A DNA stretch of 64,000 nucleotides from an archaeon. Lineage in GTDB: Archaea; Nanobdellota; Nanobdellia; Pacearchaeales; GW2011-AR1. The notes beneath the pieces were generated by a model. It made no database searches and was not told the DNA's origin. It worked only from the letters and a program-made list of their open reading frames with translations. Positions 48,101 through 55,990 of this stretch are shown here, piece after piece. Both the position numbers and the translations under genes were made by a program. Numbering within the stretch: position 1 is the stretch's first letter; every line of letters begins with the position of its first letter. Location: the NCBI GenBank assembly GCA_018651925.1, contig JABIDC010000009.1:16403-80402 (forward strand). The letters are read 5' to 3'.

Positions 48101-48615
48101 AAGTCTATTAAAAAAAGAACTATACAACTTGCAGTAGTTCCTGCGCTTCTTATTGGCCCAGAAAAATTTGCAAGAATATATTCCTTCCCATCATTTGTTT
48201 TACAAGCTTCAATTCCAGTATATCCCTCAATCGGACTTGATACAACTCCCAAAGTGGCATAAGCAAATCCTACTCTTATTCCCGCATCCATTGCTTCCAA
48301 AACGCTTGTAAATTTGCAAAATTTTTGATCCGAAACTTCTTCTGCAATTTTGAAAACAACAGTAGTATCTAATTTTCCATACATTTCTTCAAACTCCAAA
48401 ATACGTTCAGCAATTCCGGAATTTAACATCTGAGGATAAATCGTAGAAATCAATCCTACAACTTTTTCCGCCATACTCATAGCAATGGGAATTTCTATTT
48501 TATCTACAGGATCAAGACCAGTAGCTTTTGCCTTTTCAGCCATTGAATAAACAACATCTACCTCTTTCTTCAAGTTTTCAAAATACTCTGTTGTTTGTTT
48601 TGTTAATTTTACCAT
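45145..48615 (-). CDS. dp2: DNA polymerase D (Pol II) large subunit DP2, intein-free
   Basis: The protein is 1156 aa. The N-terminus YFENLKKEVDVVYSMAEKAKATGLDPVDKIEIPIA is typical of DP2, several Zn-finger Cys clusters are present (CDKCKKE...CEEC, CVSCN...CPFCKG), and it lies adjacent to DP1. Confidence 0.92.
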   Translation of the reverse strand: MVKLTKQTTEYFENLKKEVDVVYSMAEKAKATGLDPVDKIEIPIAMSMAEKVVGLISTIYPQMLNSGIAERILEFEEMYGKLDTTVVFKIAEEVSDQKFCKFTSVLEAMDAGIRVGFAYATLGVVSSPIEGYTGIEACKTNDGKEYILANFSGPIRSAGTTASCIVLFLIDFLREKFGFAKYDPTEDEVKRVWTELSDFHERITNLQYMPLEQEALFLAKNMPIQIGGDPSEKLEVSNYKNLERVNTNNLRSGFCLIMAEGLAQKAAKGFRLYNMARSNGVVATGFDFIKDYLELHEKMTSGKKGKSGGGVPTYIKDLVAGRPIFGHPSMSGGFRFRYGRSRVSGFSAASIHPATMAVTDDFIATGTQLKIEKPTKGMVATPCDTIEAAIVKLKNGSVMQVKNIAETRKLYKEIEEIIYLGDLLFPFSDLANRNADLIKPGYVEEWWNLELKEKGGEVEDYSKVSLGEAISLSKTFGIPLYPKFIFYWTEISKEQFFGLVDWLKHSRFEDKLILPYNKVEKEEFILGKRALELLGIPHEVTIENVVISKDLSRALLFNLGIDLEEEINLPLIGEKELYVGETILEMINSVSKIEIKDKAGDFIGSRMGRPEKAKLRKLTGSPNVLFPVAKEGGRLRSIQTACDAGKIRGQFPLYYCDKCKKESIYKICEECNEKTQKKYYFYESKEKSFNEELEGCEKKGTPYCFQDLDINHYFKKAIEKIGFKKTDVPLLIKGIRGTSSEGKQMEHLSKGILRAKHNLQVNKDGTIRFDCTELPLVSFKPKEISVGVEKLKELGYLTDIYGEELIDNNQILELKPHDVLLPSSPETPDERADDVFFNICNFVDDLLERFYKLPRFHNLKKREDVVGQMGVCMAPHNCAGVVCRFIGFSNTLGLLASPYMHAAIRRDCDGDEAAIMLLSDVILNFSRKFLPSHRGGTQDAPLVLNAKIDAGEVDDQILDFEYVNEYPLEMYRLAEKREHSSKANVHTVKHILKEEGDPFIGVGFTHDTDNFNEAVVCSNYKILGTMQEKVEHQMKLVERIRAADTSDTARLIISRHFIRDMRGNLRKFSMQGFRCVSCNEIARRPPLTGVCPFCKGKLIFTIHEGGIKKYLEPALNLAKNYNLSPYMKQNLELIKSYIDSIFGKELEKQESIDKWF

Positions 48616-50195
48616 TATTCAAAATCCAAAATTTTAATTGCCCTTGTTTTAAGATTAAACATAGGAATTTTACAATGATCTGGCTCATTTCCAAATTTTT
48701 CCTGATAAGGAGTTTTAGTTTCCCAAGAAGATGAAGAAATAAGTAAAATATTATTATAATAAACAACTGCACTTTTGTGAGTATGGCCTGCAACAAAAAT
48801 ATCTGGCACTTCCTTAATTATATGGCAATCTTCTTTCCCAGGGAAATATTGGACTGAAGTGTGAGAAGGAGCAAGATGTCTTTGTTTTAATAAAAATTCC
48901 ATAATTCTTTCAGGAGTATTCATAGATTTTTTTAACATTAACTTTGAAACAGTATTAGCATAATAAGGAAATGAAAAACCATGATAACCCAAAACATTAT
49001 ATCCTCCAAACCCAGATTTTGCCCCAATATTAACTGTCGAAGGATTTTCCGTAAAAATTATGTTTTCAATATTATAAAGAGGCCAAGCATATTTCTCATT
49101 CAACAATGGCTGGGGTTCCATTAGCCGAACACAGTCATGATTTCCGGGAGAAAGAATAATCTTTATGTCTTTTCTAACTGTAGATAATATATCTGCCAAT
49201 TCGCTAAATTGTTGTTCCAAATCAACTACAAGCAGATCTTTCTCTTGATTAGGATAATTTCCCACCCCGGTAATCAAATCCCCAATAAAAAAAACATATT
49301 TTATTTTTTCAACTTCTGGAGTATTCGGAACTTTTCCATTCAAATAATCAATAAAAGAAAGGAAATTTTCTTTCATAAAATTTTTACTTCCATAATGTAA
49401 ATCTCCTAAAAATAAAGCATATTCCTCTACAGGAGATTTTTTTCGTTCAAAAAGAACAGAATCCGGAAAAATTACTTCATTACAAAATAAAATTTGATCA
49501 TTTCCCGAACACTTAAACCCCAGAACAGAATCAAGAACAATGTCTTCTGCTTTCTCATATAAATCCTCTTTATTTTTATTAATGAGAATTTTAGTCTTGC
49601 CAGTTAAATCTTCTATCTCCAAAATAATATTCCCATTTTTGGTCACAGATCTTGAAGAAACAATCCCAATCACTGAAATCCCCTGATTATTTTTGGCTAA
49701 TTTATTTAAAGAAACAAGATTTTTTAAATCGGAATGTTCAAGCAAAATGTTCCTCATGGAAACAAAACGATTACGAAAATAAGTAACAAAATCTTTTACT
49801 ACTACTTTTTTATCACTTGCCAAACTTTTAGAAATAATTCTCACGTCATTAAATTCTCTTTCTTTCTTGATTGGAATTAATTGAGTTTCTTTAGTAATTT
49901 CTATGCTAAGCCCTAATTTAATTTTTAACTTTTCTAATTTTCTTTGGTTCTCTTGAGGTAAAATTGAAAAAAAACTATTTACTTGTTCACGATTTTGAAG
50001 AAAAACTTGTTTTGTGATAATGCTATTTGAAGTAGAATGTTTAATTTTCTCTAAAATAAATTTAATAGATTCTATATCTTCAATTTCACTAAATAACCCT
50101 AACATTTCTTTATCTACCAACAAACCCTTCTCTAAACAAAACTTCAATAAATTTTCAGATCCCATCAAATTAATTATATCCCAAAGATTCTTCAA
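48615..50195 (-). CDS. dp1: DNA polymerase D small subunit DP1 (calcineurin-like phosphoesterase/OB)
   Basis: Phosphoesterase motifs GDLHYGS, FFIGDLITGVG, SPGNHD and AGHTH are present. The alternative start Met at 50165 would remove the overlap with orc1. Confidence 0.88.
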   Translation of the reverse strand: MKNLWDIINLMGSENLLKFCLEKGLLVDKEMLGLFSEIEDIESIKFILEKIKHSTSNSIITKQVFLQNREQVNSFFSILPQENQRKLEKLKIKLGLSIEITKETQLIPIKKEREFNDVRIISKSLASDKKVVVKDFVTYFRNRFVSMRNILLEHSDLKNLVSLNKLAKNNQGISVIGIVSSRSVTKNGNIILEIEDLTGKTKILINKNKEDLYEKAEDIVLDSVLGFKCSGNDQILFCNEVIFPDSVLFERKKSPVEEYALFLGDLHYGSKNFMKENFLSFIDYLNGKVPNTPEVEKIKYVFFIGDLITGVGNYPNQEKDLLVVDLEQQFSELADILSTVRKDIKIILSPGNHDCVRLMEPQPLLNEKYAWPLYNIENIIFTENPSTVNIGAKSGFGGYNVLGYHGFSFPYYANTVSKLMLKKSMNTPERIMEFLLKQRHLAPSHTSVQYFPGKEDCHIIKEVPDIFVAGHTHKSAVVYYNNILLISSSSWETKTPYQEKFGNEPDHCKIPMFNLKTRAIKILDFE

Positions 50196-51381
50196 CTATT
50201 TCTTTAGCCTTTGCCAAAATATTAATTGGAATCACAAGTTTAATTTCCCTCATTCTTCCACCCCTTCCTTTTGAAATAACCCTAACATTAATAATTCCCA
50301 ACATATCAAATTCTTGAATTATATCTCCTACTCTTCGTTGAGTTAAAATTTCTGATTTAAGATCTTTACAAACTTCTTGGTAAAAATTATAAACATCCCC
50401 TGTAAACATTGGGTTTTCCTTATTTTTCTCTGAGAGCTTAATAATTGAATATAAAACTAATTGAAATTGTTTTGGTTCAGTCTTAATAACATCTAAAATT
50501 TTATCTCTTTCAATTTTATTATTTGCTTCATCTATATGTTTTAAAGAAACATTTTCAGAAGTATCTCTTTCAGCCAGTTCTCCTGCAATTCTCAAAAGAT
50601 CTAAGGCCCTTCTAGCATCTCCATGTTCTCTTGCAGCATATGCGGCACACTTAGCAATAACTCCTTTTTCCAAAATTCCCTCCTTAAATGCCTCCTCAGA
50701 ACGTTTATTTAAGATGTCTTGGAGTTGAAGAGCATTATAGGGGGGGAAAACAATTTCTTCTTCAGATAAAGAACTTCTAACTCGGGGGTCTAGTTCATCT
50801 AAAAAAGTTAAATTATTACTAATTCCTACCATACAAATTTTAGTTTGAGAAAGTTCAGAATTCAATCTAGTTAAATTATACAAAAAATCATTTGATATTT
50901 TCTTTACTGTTTGATCAATTTCATCCAAAATTAAAACAATTAATTGTTTTTTTTCATCAATCAACTCAATAAATTTACTATAAACCGATTGGGTGGGCAA
51001 CCCCGTTGCAGGAACACTTCCCCCTAATTTCTTAATTAATTCAGCTAAAATACGATATTCAGTATCTGAAACTTTTTTTAATTTACAATTCAAATATTCT
51101 ATCCTTAATTCAAAATCATTCTCTTTCTTATTTCTCTTCAACAATTCTTCTTTAATATATTGAATCGAAAGAGTTTTTCCAGTCCCAGTTTTACCATAAA
51201 GAAAAAGGTTACTTGTTTGTTCTCCTCTTAAAACAGGAGCAAGAATTGAAGCTAGCTGTTTTATTTGATCTGTTCTATGAATGATATTCTCTGGTTTATA
51301 ATTTATTTGTAAAAGAGATTTATCTTTGAAGATTGAATTCTTATCAAAGGAATCAAATATTTCATCTATTTCTAAACTCAT
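50170..51381 (-). CDS. orc1: Orc1/Cdc6 replication initiator
   Basis: It has AAA+ Walker A LYGKTGTGKT, Walker B LDEID, the sensor region GDARRALDLLR, and a C-terminal winged helix. Confidence 0.93.
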   Translation of the reverse strand: MSLEIDEIFDSFDKNSIFKDKSLLQINYKPENIIHRTDQIKQLASILAPVLRGEQTSNLFLYGKTGTGKTLSIQYIKEELLKRNKKENDFELRIEYLNCKLKKVSDTEYRILAELIKKLGGSVPATGLPTQSVYSKFIELIDEKKQLIVLILDEIDQTVKKISNDFLYNLTRLNSELSQTKICMVGISNNLTFLDELDPRVRSSLSEEEIVFPPYNALQLQDILNKRSEEAFKEGILEKGVIAKCAAYAAREHGDARRALDLLRIAGELAERDTSENVSLKHIDEANNKIERDKILDVIKTEPKQFQLVLYSIIKLSEKNKENPMFTGDVYNFYQEVCKDLKSEILTQRRVGDIIQEFDMLGIINVRVISKGRGGRMREIKLVIPINILAKAKEIVEESLGYN

Positions 51382-51410
51382 TTTTTTATATTTTATTTAA
51401 TTAATTAAAT

Positions 51411-51442
51411 CTCTCCCCCACCATCATTTCTCCTGGAGAAGT
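51411..51442 (-). promoter_or_regulatory. ORB-like Orc1-binding element 1
   Basis: The reverse complement reads ACTTCTCCAGGAGAAATGATGGTGGGGGAGAG. This is a dyad (TCTCC-W-GGAGA), then AAAT, then a G-string, resembling the archaeal ORB consensus (TCCAGTGGAAA...GGGGG). Confidence 0.55.
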
Positions 51443-51462
51443 TATATTTATTATTATTTATT
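51436..51462. repeat. Left arm of a perfect 27-bp inverted repeat
   Basis: gagaagttatatttattattatttatt is the exact reverse complement of 51725-51751. Confidence 0.9.
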
Positions 51463-51564
51463 GAATGAAAAAAATGTTTTTATTATATAAAAGATTATGA
51501 CTACTAAAAAAGAATTACTCCTTTATTTCCTATGGAAGATATATTTTTATTTTTTAATTATTTT

Positions 51565-51588
51565 CTACTACTACTACTACTACTACTA
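51565..51588. repeat. (CTA)8 trinucleotide microsatellite
   Basis: The sequence reads directly as ctactactactactactactacta. Confidence 0.95.
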
Positions 51589-51662
51589 TCTATATACTCT
51601 ATAATATAAATTTTATTAAAGAAAAAAAGAACTAGCAAAAATCAAATTTCTTTTAATAAATC

Positions 51663-51686
51663 TTTCCAAACGAAATCAAGGGGGGA
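51663..51686 (+). promoter_or_regulatory. ORB-like Orc1-binding element 2 (inverted relative to element 1)
   Basis: TTTCCAAACGAAATCAAGGGGGGA has a half-dyad, GAAAT and a G6 string. Its orientation is opposite to element 1, across the AT-rich core. Confidence 0.5.
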
Positions 51687-51724
51687 CAGAGTATAAATAA
51701 TAATAATAATAATAAATAATAAAT

Positions 51725-51751
51725 AATAAATAATAATAAATATAACTTCTC
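51725..51751. repeat. Right arm of a perfect 27-bp inverted repeat
   Basis: aataaataataataaatataacttctc is the exact reverse complement of 51436-51462. Confidence 0.9.
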
Positions 51752-51818
51752 TTTAAAATAAAAGATAGTTATCTCTCTTCACAGATAACTTTATAAATTA
51801 TTTTAGTTTAAAAAAAAC

Positions 51819-52079
51819 ATGCAAAGCGAAAAAAACCCTTTTAGTATGATTTTAGGAAAAATGATTGTAACTAAAGAAGGAAAAAGATTAGGTTTTGTAA
51901 AAGACATTACTTTTGAAACAAATTCGGGAGAATTAATTAATTTAGTAGTAAAAGACACAACTTCTTACACTAAAAATCTTAATTTAGAAAGAACTCCTTC
52001 AAAGGAGGTTTTAATTCCCTATAGTGCAATAATTGCAATCGGAGATTTTGTGATTATTTCTGAAGAAGATTTGCTTTAA
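51819..52079 (+). CDS. PRC-barrel domain protein
   Basis: ILGKMIVTKEGKRLGFVKDITFETNSGELINLVV...VLIPYSAIIAIGDFVIIS matches the PRC-barrel pattern. Confidence 0.65.
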   Translation: MQSEKNPFSMILGKMIVTKEGKRLGFVKDITFETNSGELINLVVKDTTSYTKNLNLERTPSKEVLIPYSAIIAIGDFVIISEEDLL

Positions 52080-52129
52080 TTGAATTTAAACATATAAAAA
52101 TTTAAAAAGGAAAATCAAATTAAAATAAA

Positions 52130-52537
52130 ATGAAACTAGTAGGATTTAATTTCAACAAAATAAGTGTAGAGAAATCAAAAGAAAAGAATGAAAAAATAAA
52201 AATCTCTTCAAATATTGAAATAGCTGAAATAAAAGAAGTTGTTTTAAAATTAGTTGATTCAAAAGAAAAAATATTGAATGTCTCTTTTTCTTATTTATTA
52301 AAATATGAGCCAGATTTCGCAAAAGTAGAGTTTGAAGGTTCAATTTTACTTTCTATAGAAGAAAAAATGGCAGAAGAGATATTAAAGAAATGGGAAGATA
52401 AAGAAACAGCACAAGATTTCAAATTAGCTGTACTTAATGTTATCTTCAAAAAATGCAATGTAAAAGCATTACAATTAGAAGAAGAATTGAATCTTCCTTT
52501 CCACATGCCTATGGCGTCATTGAAATCTTCAAAATAA
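52130..52537 (+). CDS. Hypothetical protein (135 aa)
   Basis: This is an ORF with a plausible start. No family was recognised. Confidence 0.45.
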   Translation: MKLVGFNFNKISVEKSKEKNEKIKISSNIEIAEIKEVVLKLVDSKEKILNVSFSYLLKYEPDFAKVEFEGSILLSIEEKMAEEILKKWEDKETAQDFKLAVLNVIFKKCNVKALQLEEELNLPFHMPMASLKSSK

Positions 52538-52809
52538 TCTTTTATTTTAAATCAAATTTAATCATACTAATAAATTAAATTATTTATTTTTTGATTAAAA
52601 CCTTTTTTTTCTTTATTTGAATTTTCGGGGTTTACCAAGAAAATATTTTCTTCTTAGAATTATTCTATTCGGATGGAGGAGAGTCATAATTCTTATCTCT
52701 TTTTAAAATATTTAAAATTTGTGAAGGGGTTTGATCCATAGACAAAAAAAAGTTTTAATCAAAATTCACAATTCAATAATTTTAAAAAAAACAATCTTCT
52801 TATTCTTTT

Positions 52810-53076
52810 ATGAAAATTTCAAAAGAAAAGAGAGAAAAGATTTCCGAACAAATTTTATCTCTTCTTTATTCATTAAATCCTCAAGCAATTTTTACATCAA
52901 ATATCGCAAAAGAGTTGGCAAGAGATGAGGAATTCACAAAATCTCTTCTATTGGATTTAAAAGAAAAAAAATTGATCTTAGAAATCAAAACAAATCCCAA
53001 AGGAATCAATTATCTGAGACGCGCTAGATGGAAATTATCCAAAGCAACATTTGAAGCTTACAAATCATTTGGTTAA
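52810..53076 (+). CDS. Small winged-helix DNA-binding protein (88 aa)
   Basis: ISEQILSLLYSLNPQAIFTSNIAKELARDEEFTKSLLLDLKEKKLILEIK looks like a wHTH (MarR/ArsR-like) fold. The assignment is by pattern only. Confidence 0.45.
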   Translation: MKISKEKREKISEQILSLLYSLNPQAIFTSNIAKELARDEEFTKSLLLDLKEKKLILEIKTNPKGINYLRRARWKLSKATFEAYKSFG

Positions 53077-53129
53077 AATATGTTTTTTATTATATTAAAC
53101 CTTTTATAGTGGGGAGGATTTGGTGATTT

Positions 53130-53894
53130 ATGGATTCCATAAAGGATGCTTTTCTAAAAGTAAAGAAAGATATTGATTTATTAAAGAATGAAAGGGAGTT
53201 TCTTAGGTTAAATTTAGCAGAATTAAAGGATGAAATGGCTTTTCATCGTAAGGAAATTCTCAAAATAAACGAATTTTTAGAAAAATTGAATGAAAAAAAG
53301 GTTTCCACTGGAAACCAAGGGGTTTCGACACTTCGACAGATAAATCCGTCCTATTCGGAGCAAAATTCGACAGATAATTGGGATTTTAAGCCCCTAAATG
53401 CTCAATATCCAACACCTTCCACTGGAAATGAAGGAGTTCCAGCAGACAGACAGACAAACCAACAGACACACAGACAGACAATAAATTATCCTCTTTCGAG
53501 GGAGTTTGATTTAAATAAAAAAAATCCTCCAAAAATAAGCGCTTCCGAACCCCCGGAAAATGGTTTAGAAAATGCTATAGAAATCCTTGATTCATTAGAT
53601 AATTTAAAGAAAGAAATCCGTTTGAAATTTAAACGTTTAACTGAGCAGGAATTGCTTGTTTTTTCTGCAATTTATCAATTTGACGAAGAAAAAGGTTATT
53701 CTAACCATAAATTGCTCTCAAATCGGTTAAATTTAACTGAGAGTTCTATTCGAGACTATGTTAGTCGGTTAATTAAGAAGGGAATTCCCCTTGAAAAATC
53801 AAGGGTGAACAATAAATCTATTCGGCTTTCAATCTCTCCTTCTTTGAAGAGAGTTGCAACCCTTTCCACCATTTTACACCTAAGAGATCTTTAA
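53130..53894 (+). CDS. Coiled-coil plus C-terminal HTH protein, paralog-like of 54092..54715
   Basis: It has an N-terminal heptad region, a linker with duplicated STGN(Q/E)GV and (x-Q-T)n motifs, and a C-terminal LTEQELLVFSAIY...LTESSIRDYVSRLIKKG wHTH-like segment. Confidence 0.55.
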   Translation: MDSIKDAFLKVKKDIDLLKNEREFLRLNLAELKDEMAFHRKEILKINEFLEKLNEKKVSTGNQGVSTLRQINPSYSEQNSTDNWDFKPLNAQYPTPSTGNEGVPADRQTNQQTHRQTINYPLSREFDLNKKNPPKISASEPPENGLENAIEILDSLDNLKKEIRLKFKRLTEQELLVFSAIYQFDEEKGYSNHKLLSNRLNLTESSIRDYVSRLIKKGIPLEKSRVNNKSIRLSISPSLKRVATLSTILHLRDL

Positions 53895-54091
53895 TTTTAA
53901 AAAATGTTTTTCGGTAAAGAGAATAACTTCTTTCTACAATTATTTTTTATTTAATTTTGCCTTTTCTCGTCGGTAAAAGAGGTTATTTTTTCAAAATTCT
54001 TTTTTTAATTCTCTCTTTTTTGTTATTTTTTTCTCTTTTTTTAATTCTCTCTTTTTTAATATTTTTATCAAACTCTCTCTTTTCTCTTTTT

Positions 54092-54715
54092 TTAGTCACT
54101 TTCTTCTGTTTTCTTTTCTTTTTTTGGATCCTTAACTCTCACTTTTGCCTTTTTTAACATTTTTTCCTTGATTTCTTCAGGGATATACACTCTTTTTTTA
54201 CCATTTTTCTCGATTACCTCTTCTAAGAGGGCATCACTTTTCTGTTTTATAGTATTTATTTGCCCTCTAATAGTAGATTTTTCTTTTCCAAGCATTGCAG
54301 CAAGATCATCATAGCTTAATTTTAAATCAGAATTTAATAATACCCACAGAATTGCCCTTTCTGTAATTGAGAATTGGTCTAAATTTGGTGTTTGAATTCC
54401 TGTTTGAACGGCCGTTTGAACACTATAAACGGGCATCTGTTTGTTGGACGAGTGATTGGTTGTTTTAAATGCATTTTTTTGTTTTAAATCTCCCAGAATG
54501 GCAACTATATTTTTTAGGCTTTCAATTTCTTCTTGGTAAGTCGATAAAACCTCTTTAATCTCTTCCATTTCCTTTTTTTGGATATTTTTTTCAGAATCAA
54601 GGTGTTTAATCCACCCGCTAACGCTGTTTATATCTTTCTTGACAGATTCAAAACCAACCTTGGTATCTTCCATCACCTGTTCAACATCTTTTTTTTTCGC
54701 AATCCATCCAAACAT
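54092..54715 (-). CDS. Coiled-coil plus C-terminal HTH protein, paralog-like of 53130..53894
   Basis: It has an N-terminal heptad region, a VQTAVQTGIQT linker, a C-terminal ITERAILWVLL...SYDDLAAMLGKEKSTIRGQINTIKQK HTH segment, and a Lys-rich tail. Confidence 0.55.
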   Translation of the reverse strand: MFGWIAKKKDVEQVMEDTKVGFESVKKDINSVSGWIKHLDSEKNIQKKEMEEIKEVLSTYQEEIESLKNIVAILGDLKQKNAFKTTNHSSNKQMPVYSVQTAVQTGIQTPNLDQFSITERAILWVLLNSDLKLSYDDLAAMLGKEKSTIRGQINTIKQKSDALLEEVIEKNGKKRVYIPEEIKEKMLKKAKVRVKDPKKEKKTEESD

Positions 54716-54748
54716 ATTATTTCTAAGAAAAATCCCTTTAAATACTTT

Positions 54749-54769
54749 CTGTTTTCGTCGGTAAAACAG
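54749..54769. promoter_or_regulatory. Inverted repeat CTGTTTT-N7-AAAACAG around a TCGTCGGTAAAA core, upstream of gene 54092..54715
   Basis: The sequence reads directly as ctgttttcgtcggtaaaacag. On the gene's strand it lies just upstream of a TATA-like TATTTAAAG. The core recurs at 53967-53978, with a partial copy at 53907-53918. Confidence 0.45.
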
Positions 54770-54849
54770 ATTCTTAAAAGAAAAAAAGATGTGTCGAAAA
54801 CATTAAGGCAAACAGCTGTTTATCTATTTTTTTGGAGTAAAACAGCCCG

Positions 54850-54879
54850 TTTAAACAACTTTAAACAACCTTAAACAGG
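54850..54879. repeat. Three tandem 10-bp units TTTAAACAAC / TTTAAACAAC / CTTAAACAGG
   Basis: The units read directly from the sequence. The same TTTAAACAACC unit recurs at 54978-54988, within the 12-bp palindrome TTGTTTAAACAA (54975-54986). Confidence 0.85.
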
Positions 54880-55219
54880 AAGGCCTCCTTTATGTAAAAA
54901 ATACAAGTTGAGTATTGAAAATTCCAAAAAGATATCCTTTTTCAAAAGAATTTCAAAAAGAAATCACAAAACAATTGTTTAAACAACCCTCTTTTCAACC
55001 ACTTGAGATCTATTCTACACAATAATTTTTTGGGATTAACTAAGCTAACCTAAGTGCACAGCATTTCAATTAATTTAATGCAAAATTTCATTTTTCTCGA
55101 AAAAATCCAAAAAATAGCTGTGTAAATCGTTTTTCAAGGGAGAATTTATATACTTAGGGTGCCCTAAATAGACGTGGACTACTTGGTGATAGCCCTAAGT
55201 ATACATAAAAGAGGTAAAA

Positions 55220-55990
55220 ATGGAACAAAATATCCCCCTGGCAGCAATATATGTAAGGGTTTCAACTCAAGAACAAGCCAAAATTGGATTTTCCTTAAAT
55301 GCCCAACAGGAAGCATTAGAAAATTATGCAAAGGCATTAGGTTATAAAATCTATAGGATCTATCGAGATGAAGGAAAGTCCGCAAAAGATATTAAACACA
55401 GGCCAGAAATGGTTGAAATGTTGGGAGATGCTGAGAAGAGAAAATTTTCTGCAATTTTTATCTATAAATTAGATCGTTTTTCTAGAAGTTTAAAGGATTT
55501 AGTATTAACGGTAGATAAATTAAAAGAATGGGAGATTGATTTTGTTTCCCTTCAGGATAAGATTGAGACGGCTTCTGCTAGCGGAAAATTGATGTTCCAT
55601 ATAATTAGTGCATTTGCAGAATTTGAAAGGAATCTTATCGGAGATAGGACCAAATTTGGGATGCAAAGAAAGGCAAAAGAGGGAGGATTTATCACTCGTG
55701 CCCCAAGAGGGTATTCTTTAATTGACAAGAGGCTTGTTCCAAATGAAGAAAAAGAAAATGTGGTAAGGATTTTTCAAGAATTTTTAGATACAGAAATTAG
55801 TTTAACACAATTAGCCAAAAAGAATGGGATGACCACAACTGGAATTAAAAAATTATTATTAAATTCGACTTATCTTGGTAAAGTTAAATTTGCAAGTAAA
55901 GAAACAGAAGGAAATCACCCGCCTCTCTTATCCGAAAGGCTCTTTAATGGGGTTCAGAATAAATTGAGAAATAAAGGATGGGCTGTTTAA
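55220..55990 (+). CDS. Serine recombinase (resolvase catalytic domain plus recombinase domain; no Zn-ribbon/coiled-coil)
   Basis: The catalytic motif is AAIYVRVSTQEQ, with YRDEGKSAKD and LDRFSRS also present. The downstream recombinase-domain segment reads APRGY...LNSTYLGKVKF...GNHPPLLSERLFNGVQ. Confidence 0.85.
   Translation: MEQNIPLAAIYVRVSTQEQAKIGFSLNAQQEALENYAKALGYKIYRIYRDEGKSAKDIKHRPEMVEMLGDAEKRKFSAIFIYKLDRFSRSLKDLVLTVDKLKEWEIDFVSLQDKIETASASGKLMFHIISAFAEFERNLIGDRTKFGMQRKAKEGGFITRAPRGYSLIDKRLVPNEEKENVVRIFQEFLDTEISLTQLAKKNGMTTTGIKKLLLNSTYLGKVKFASKETEGNHPPLLSERLFNGVQNKLRNKGWAV

Larger units (their letters stand above)
51382..51818. other. Predicted chromosomal replication origin (oriC) region
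   Basis: This is a 437-bp non-coding, extremely AT-rich gap directly upstream of orc1-dp1-dp2. It contains two inverted ORB-like boxes, a mini-ORB-like dyad (TTCCTATGGAA, 51527-51537), microsatellites and a 27-bp perfect inverted repeat. Confidence 0.65.

Noticed and set aside
51694-51744. The (AAT/AAAT)n and (CTA)8 tracts as a possible CRISPR or minisatellite array.
   Set aside because: The units are 3-4 nt, there are no spacers and no repeat of CRISPR length. They are simple microsatellites inside the origin-like region.
50170-51818. The possibility that orc1 and the origin belong to the adjacent mobile island, as a plasmid- or virus-type replicon.
   Set aside because: The oriC-orc1-DP1-DP2 arrangement is the conserved chromosomal layout known from Thermococcales. 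The two PolD subunits are core genes. The island call is therefore started only after 52540.
52731-52928. A 65-aa ORF overlapping the start of the wHTH gene in another frame.
   Set aside because: The product is basic and low-complexity. The 52810..53076 frame gives a coherent winged-helix-like protein instead.
53957-54157. A 66-aa Leu/Phe/Ser-rich ORF in the gap between the two HTH genes.
   Set aside because: It is a low-complexity product of a T-rich tract and overlaps the Lys-rich 3' end of gene 54092..54715 on the other strand. There is no start context.
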